Shown: positions 61,136-64,000 of the stretch, one piece after another
How positions within the stretch are numbered: position 1 is the stretch's first letter
Layout of the letters: each line of letters opens with the position of its first letter
From: a virus
Taxonomy: Duplodnaviria > Caudoviricetes
Length of the DNA: 64,000 nucleotides
Virus record (IMG/VR): IMGVR_UViG_3300037400_004297
Span: 1-64,000 of that record
Direction: 5' to 3' (one strand)
Notes under the pieces: generated by a model
Database searches by the model: none
Told to the model about the DNA's origin: nothing
Seen by the model: the letters and a program-made list of their open reading frames with translations, nothing else
Translations under genes and position numbers: made by a program

Positions 61136-61852
61136 ATGAATCAATATGCAAATGATTTTACACATACAGTCAGGCTATATTATGATGACTTAAAGAAAAC
61201 AAAACCACTTACGAGAGCCAGAGAGAAGCGTCTCATAAGGCTCTCCAAGAGAGGTGACACAAAAGCTAGAAATGAACTGCTTGAAGCGAATCTTAAATTT
61301 GTTTTTGACGTGGCAAAAAGATACTCTGGCAGGGGTGTTCCAATGGGTGACTTGATTTCAGAAGGTAATATGGGTTTAATAAAAGCCATAGAAAAATTTG
61401 ATGAGAGAAACGATGTTAAATTTATATCATATGCTGTATGGTGGATAAGGCATTCTATATTGGATGCTATTCAGAAGAAGAAATTAACTGAGTTCGTTGA
61501 GGTTGAAAATGGTGTCAGTAATGATAAAACAATATCTAATATGCTTGTAGATGAAGAGGATGATATTTGTGATAGTTTTCAATCTCCAGTAAGGGAAGAT
61601 ATTTTCTCCACTGAGAATACAATTTTACAAAACAATCTCTTAGGTAAAATGTTTGGTGGACTCTCCAAGAGAGAAATGACAGTAATATTGGATTATTTCG
61701 GGATGGAAGGTCGTGACAAAAAGAATCTAATAGAAATTGGTAAAGAACTTGGAATAACAAGCGAAAGAGTCAGACAGATTAAGCTTAATGCAATAAGGAA
61801 AATGCGTTCAAGTGCAATGATGTTTGATAATTTGGAGGAAATTATGATTTAA
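61136..61852 (+). CDS. Phage sigma70-family RNA polymerase sigma factor
   Basis: NLKFV..VAKRY, DLISEGNMGLIKAIEKFD, KFISYAVWWIR (region 2); IGKELGITSERVRQI (region 4). Confidence 0.92.
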   Translation: MNQYANDFTHTVRLYYDDLKKTKPLTRAREKRLIRLSKRGDTKARNELLEANLKFVFDVAKRYSGRGVPMGDLISEGNMGLIKAIEKFDERNDVKFISYAVWWIRHSILDAIQKKKLTEFVEVENGVSNDKTISNMLVDEEDDICDSFQSPVREDIFSTENTILQNNLLGKMFGGLSKREMTVILDYFGMEGRDKKNLIEIGKELGITSERVRQIKLNAIRKMRSSAMMFDNLEEIMI

Positions 61853-61882
61853 ATAATATTTATTATTAATAATACAGTAAAT

Positions 61883-62203
61883 ATGGCTAAGAATAAAACC
61901 ACGAAAAAAGTAAAAAAAGCAGAAACCGTTCAGAAAATTGATACAAAGCCTGAGGTAACACAGGAAGAATTTGAAGCTCCTGTTGACCCAATTATAGAAG
62001 ATAATACAGAACCAATAGTAGAGGTAATGAACGGTGACCCAGCAGTATTGGTTGAATCAGAGCAAGAAATACAGGAAGAAGCTGAACCAGAGGAAGAGGC
62101 TGTACCTGTTGAGGATATGATTCACGAGGAAACTAAGCAAGACCCAGGAATGTTCAGACGTATGTTTGGATATATTTGGAACGGTCAAGAAGTAGATTAT
62201 TAA
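61883..62203 (+). CDS. Hypothetical acidic protein
   Basis: Glu-rich 106-aa ORF. Confidence 0.6.
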   Translation: MAKNKTTKKVKKAETVQKIDTKPEVTQEEFEAPVDPIIEDNTEPIVEVMNGDPAVLVESEQEIQEEAEPEEEAVPVEDMIHEETKQDPGMFRRMFGYIWNGQEVDY

Positions 62204-62208
62204 GAAAT

Positions 62209-62805
62209 ATGGAGGAAATGAACATCACAAAGAAGATGCTTGCAAAACTTAGAGAGAACAGAGACAGGCAGGCACGTGAAGCAGCCGAACAATTTGTAGT
62301 TGAGGCTAAGGAGGAAGATAATTTCCTCACTAGGTCAAAAACTCTTATGGAAGAAGCTGTTAGAGATAATAAAAAAAAAATCTTGACAGAGGAAAGTAAT
62401 TCTTCTGAGGAAGAAGAGTCAGAGGATTCTGCACATGAAAATTATTTTGAGATTCGCCCAAACACACCACAGTTCGGTGATGTGAGAGTATCCCAGGAAG
62501 AGGTGCTTAAAAAGACCATTGGAGAAAATATTTCAATGGATGAGGGTGCTCTAAAGTATTATCCAGATTCTGAGGATATGACACTTGAAGGTGATATTAA
62601 AAGCCTTAATTTGTCATTCCAGTTCAGATATAATGACCCATCTGGTCAGGGTGTATACATTTGGGCAGAGGCAATGCAGTTGACTGAAGAGAATACGAGG
62701 ACTATAGGAAAGCTAAGAAATGCATTCCTTAACTGGAAAGATTCAATTACACAGGATGGTGACCTTATGCAAAAGCTTAAAAAAGCAGCAAATAAGGAAA
62801 AATAA
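62209..62805 (+). CDS. Hypothetical protein
   Basis: Start placed at MEEMNITK. Confidence 0.6.
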   Translation: MEEMNITKKMLAKLRENRDRQAREAAEQFVVEAKEEDNFLTRSKTLMEEAVRDNKKKILTEESNSSEEEESEDSAHENYFEIRPNTPQFGDVRVSQEEVLKKTIGENISMDEGALKYYPDSEDMTLEGDIKSLNLSFQFRYNDPSGQGVYIWAEAMQLTEENTRTIGKLRNAFLNWKDSITQDGDLMQKLKKAANKEK

Positions 62806-62811
62806 CAATAC

Positions 62812-62839
62812 AAGAGGTAGCAGTGATGCTACCTTTTTT
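62812..62839 (+). terminator. Intrinsic terminator
   Basis: aagaggtagca-gtga-tgctacctttttt. Confidence 0.8.
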
Positions 62840-62867
62840 ATTGTTATGTGATATTTATAAGAAAATA

Positions 62868-63092
62868 ATGTATTATATGAAGATGATTAATGAAAGTAGA
62901 ATAGACCAGATTATATCTGAAGAAATAAGCAAGGCAGATGTTGATAGGGCAGTTACCAGCAAATTGGCATCTTCGTATGATTCAAGGGAGTTCAAGAAGG
63001 CTGTGAAGGAGATTGTTGCAGACGCAATTGAAGACCTGTACAGAACTCTCTTCAACAGAAGTAGCAGTTGGAGAGGAGGAGTTGTGAGATAA
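62868..63092 (+). CDS. Small hypothetical protein
   Basis: INESRIDQIISEEI motif; follows TATTTATA. Confidence 0.6.
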   Translation: MYYMKMINESRIDQIISEEISKADVDRAVTSKLASSYDSREFKKAVKEIVADAIEDLYRTLFNRSSSWRGGVVR

Positions 63093-63454
63093 TGAAAATA
63101 ATATATATTAATGAAAATAGAATCCCAGAAATAAAACGTCTGATAGACGAATCTAGCGAAAAAATTTCATTTCTTCTTTTTTTTGAACAGATAAGGGATT
63201 TCATAAAGGGTCTGCTTGAAGACCCAATTAATACAAAACCTAGTCAGATACTTAGAGACAGGGGACTTCACAACGGAAAACTCAGGAAGATGTTGCGTGA
63301 TGCAAATATCATAAAGATGAGTGAGAAGATAGATGAGCCTCACAGTGAAGAGACTGGAGAAATAGAATCAAGGTACTACATATCATATAAAGTGCCTAAG
63401 AAGGACTTCAAGAAGAAAGTAAGGAGATTATATCAGAAGATATTTGAATCATAA
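63092..63454 (+). CDS. Hypothetical protein
   Basis: TAATG stop-start overlap at 63090-63094. Confidence 0.6.
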   Translation: MKIIYINENRIPEIKRLIDESSEKISFLLFFEQIRDFIKGLLEDPINTKPSQILRDRGLHNGKLRKMLRDANIIKMSEKIDEPHSEETGEIESRYYISYKVPKKDFKKKVRRLYQKIFES

Positions 63455-63480
63455 AATAACAAAGAAAAACTTAATAGATA

Positions 63481-63651
63481 ATGAAAGAGATTGATGCAAT
63501 ACTTGGATACTATCAGTTTGACCCTGACAGTACTATGGTGAAAAAGGATGAAAACTATAAGGATGAAACTTTTCAGATTTCAAAGGTAGACGAAAAAGTG
63601 CTGTCTCCTTTCAAAGAAGAAAAAGAGGAAGAAAATGACCATGAAGGTTAA
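63481..63651 (+). CDS. Small acidic hypothetical protein (56 aa)
   Basis: Read by hand: MKEIDAILGYYQF...DHEG*. Confidence 0.5.
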   Translation: MKEIDAILGYYQFDPDSTMVKKDENYKDETFQISKVDEKVLSPFKEEKEEENDHEG

Positions 63652-63666
63652 TATATATCCATATAT

Positions 63667-64000
63667 ATGAGTAAACAACTAATAAGATTAACAGAGCATG
63701 ATTTACACATACTCGTTGAGGATACTGTAAAGCAGTACCTTACTGAGTTTGGACCGTCATGGGCTGGTATTAAGAACTCATTAGGAGGAATTGGTAAGGG
63801 TAATTGGTATCTTGGTCAGACGTACAAGACTGGTAAGTTTGCGTCTCAGTTCAATAAGTATGCAAAACAAGCTCAAGACTCTCTTGCACAGTTGAAAAAC
63901 ATAGCTAACCAAACAAGTAACAAAGAGATTGCTGATGAAATAACAAATACTAGTAGGATGTTAGGTAAAGCATCTACTGGCTTTGCAAAGATGGCAAAAA
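63667..64000 (+). CDS. Hypothetical protein with IRLTEHDLH motif (3' truncated)
   Basis: MSKQLIRLTEHDLHILVEDTVKQYLTE..., open to the window end. Confidence 0.6.
   Translation, partial: MSKQLIRLTEHDLHILVEDTVKQYLTEFGPSWAGIKNSLGGIGKGNWYLGQTYKTGKFASQFNKYAKQAQDSLAQLKNIANQTSNKEIADEITNTSRMLGKASTGFAKMAK

Noticed and set aside
217-63055. Many short antisense or overlapping ORFs in the six-frame track (e.g. 217-453, 3164-3514, 12769-13038, 19759-20100)
   Set aside because: They overlap well-supported genes and show no motifs; treated as shadow ORFs.
1-64000. TAG-to-Gln recoding as in Lak-type Prevotella megaphages (e.g. TAG-TTT-ATG in-frame junction at 1173-1181)
   Set aside because: ORFs of 1000-2354 aa are intact in the standard code and several genes end cleanly at TAG, so there is no fragmentation signature.

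Overview
This is a 64-kb segment of a large, AT-rich myovirus-type (jumbo-like) phage genome in the standard genetic code. Bacteroidota-type TTTG-N19-21-TAnnTTTG promoters and a T9SS-type cargo protein point to a Prevotella/Bacteroides-like host. The window carries recombination and replication genes (RecA-like, 5'-3' exonuclease, SbcC, SbcD, RuvC-like, primase), a phage sigma factor, neck, baseplate and large putative tail genes, an amidase endolysin, three free-standing homing-type endonucleases and accessory cassettes. The main finding is a compact RNA-guided nuclease module at about 10.9-12.8 kb. An apparently intact IscB is preceded by a guide-less omegaRNA scaffold whose first 17 nt are an anti-repeat. 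It is followed by a degenerate four-repeat CRISPR-like array whose invariant 17-nt core pairs fully with that anti-repeat. This reads as a phage-encoded dual-RNA (crRNA + tracr-like omegaRNA) CRISPR-IscB, bracketed by 56-bp direct repeats that double as terminator-promoter cassettes. Other notable items: TonB-dependent receptor + PnuC + NadR (candidate NAD-precursor uptake/salvage), a C10 protease with a T9SS-type tail, a radical SAM next to a six-Cys GGCG-repeat protein, and an N-terminal motif shared by many predicted late proteins. All calls come from reading the sequence; no database searches were run.
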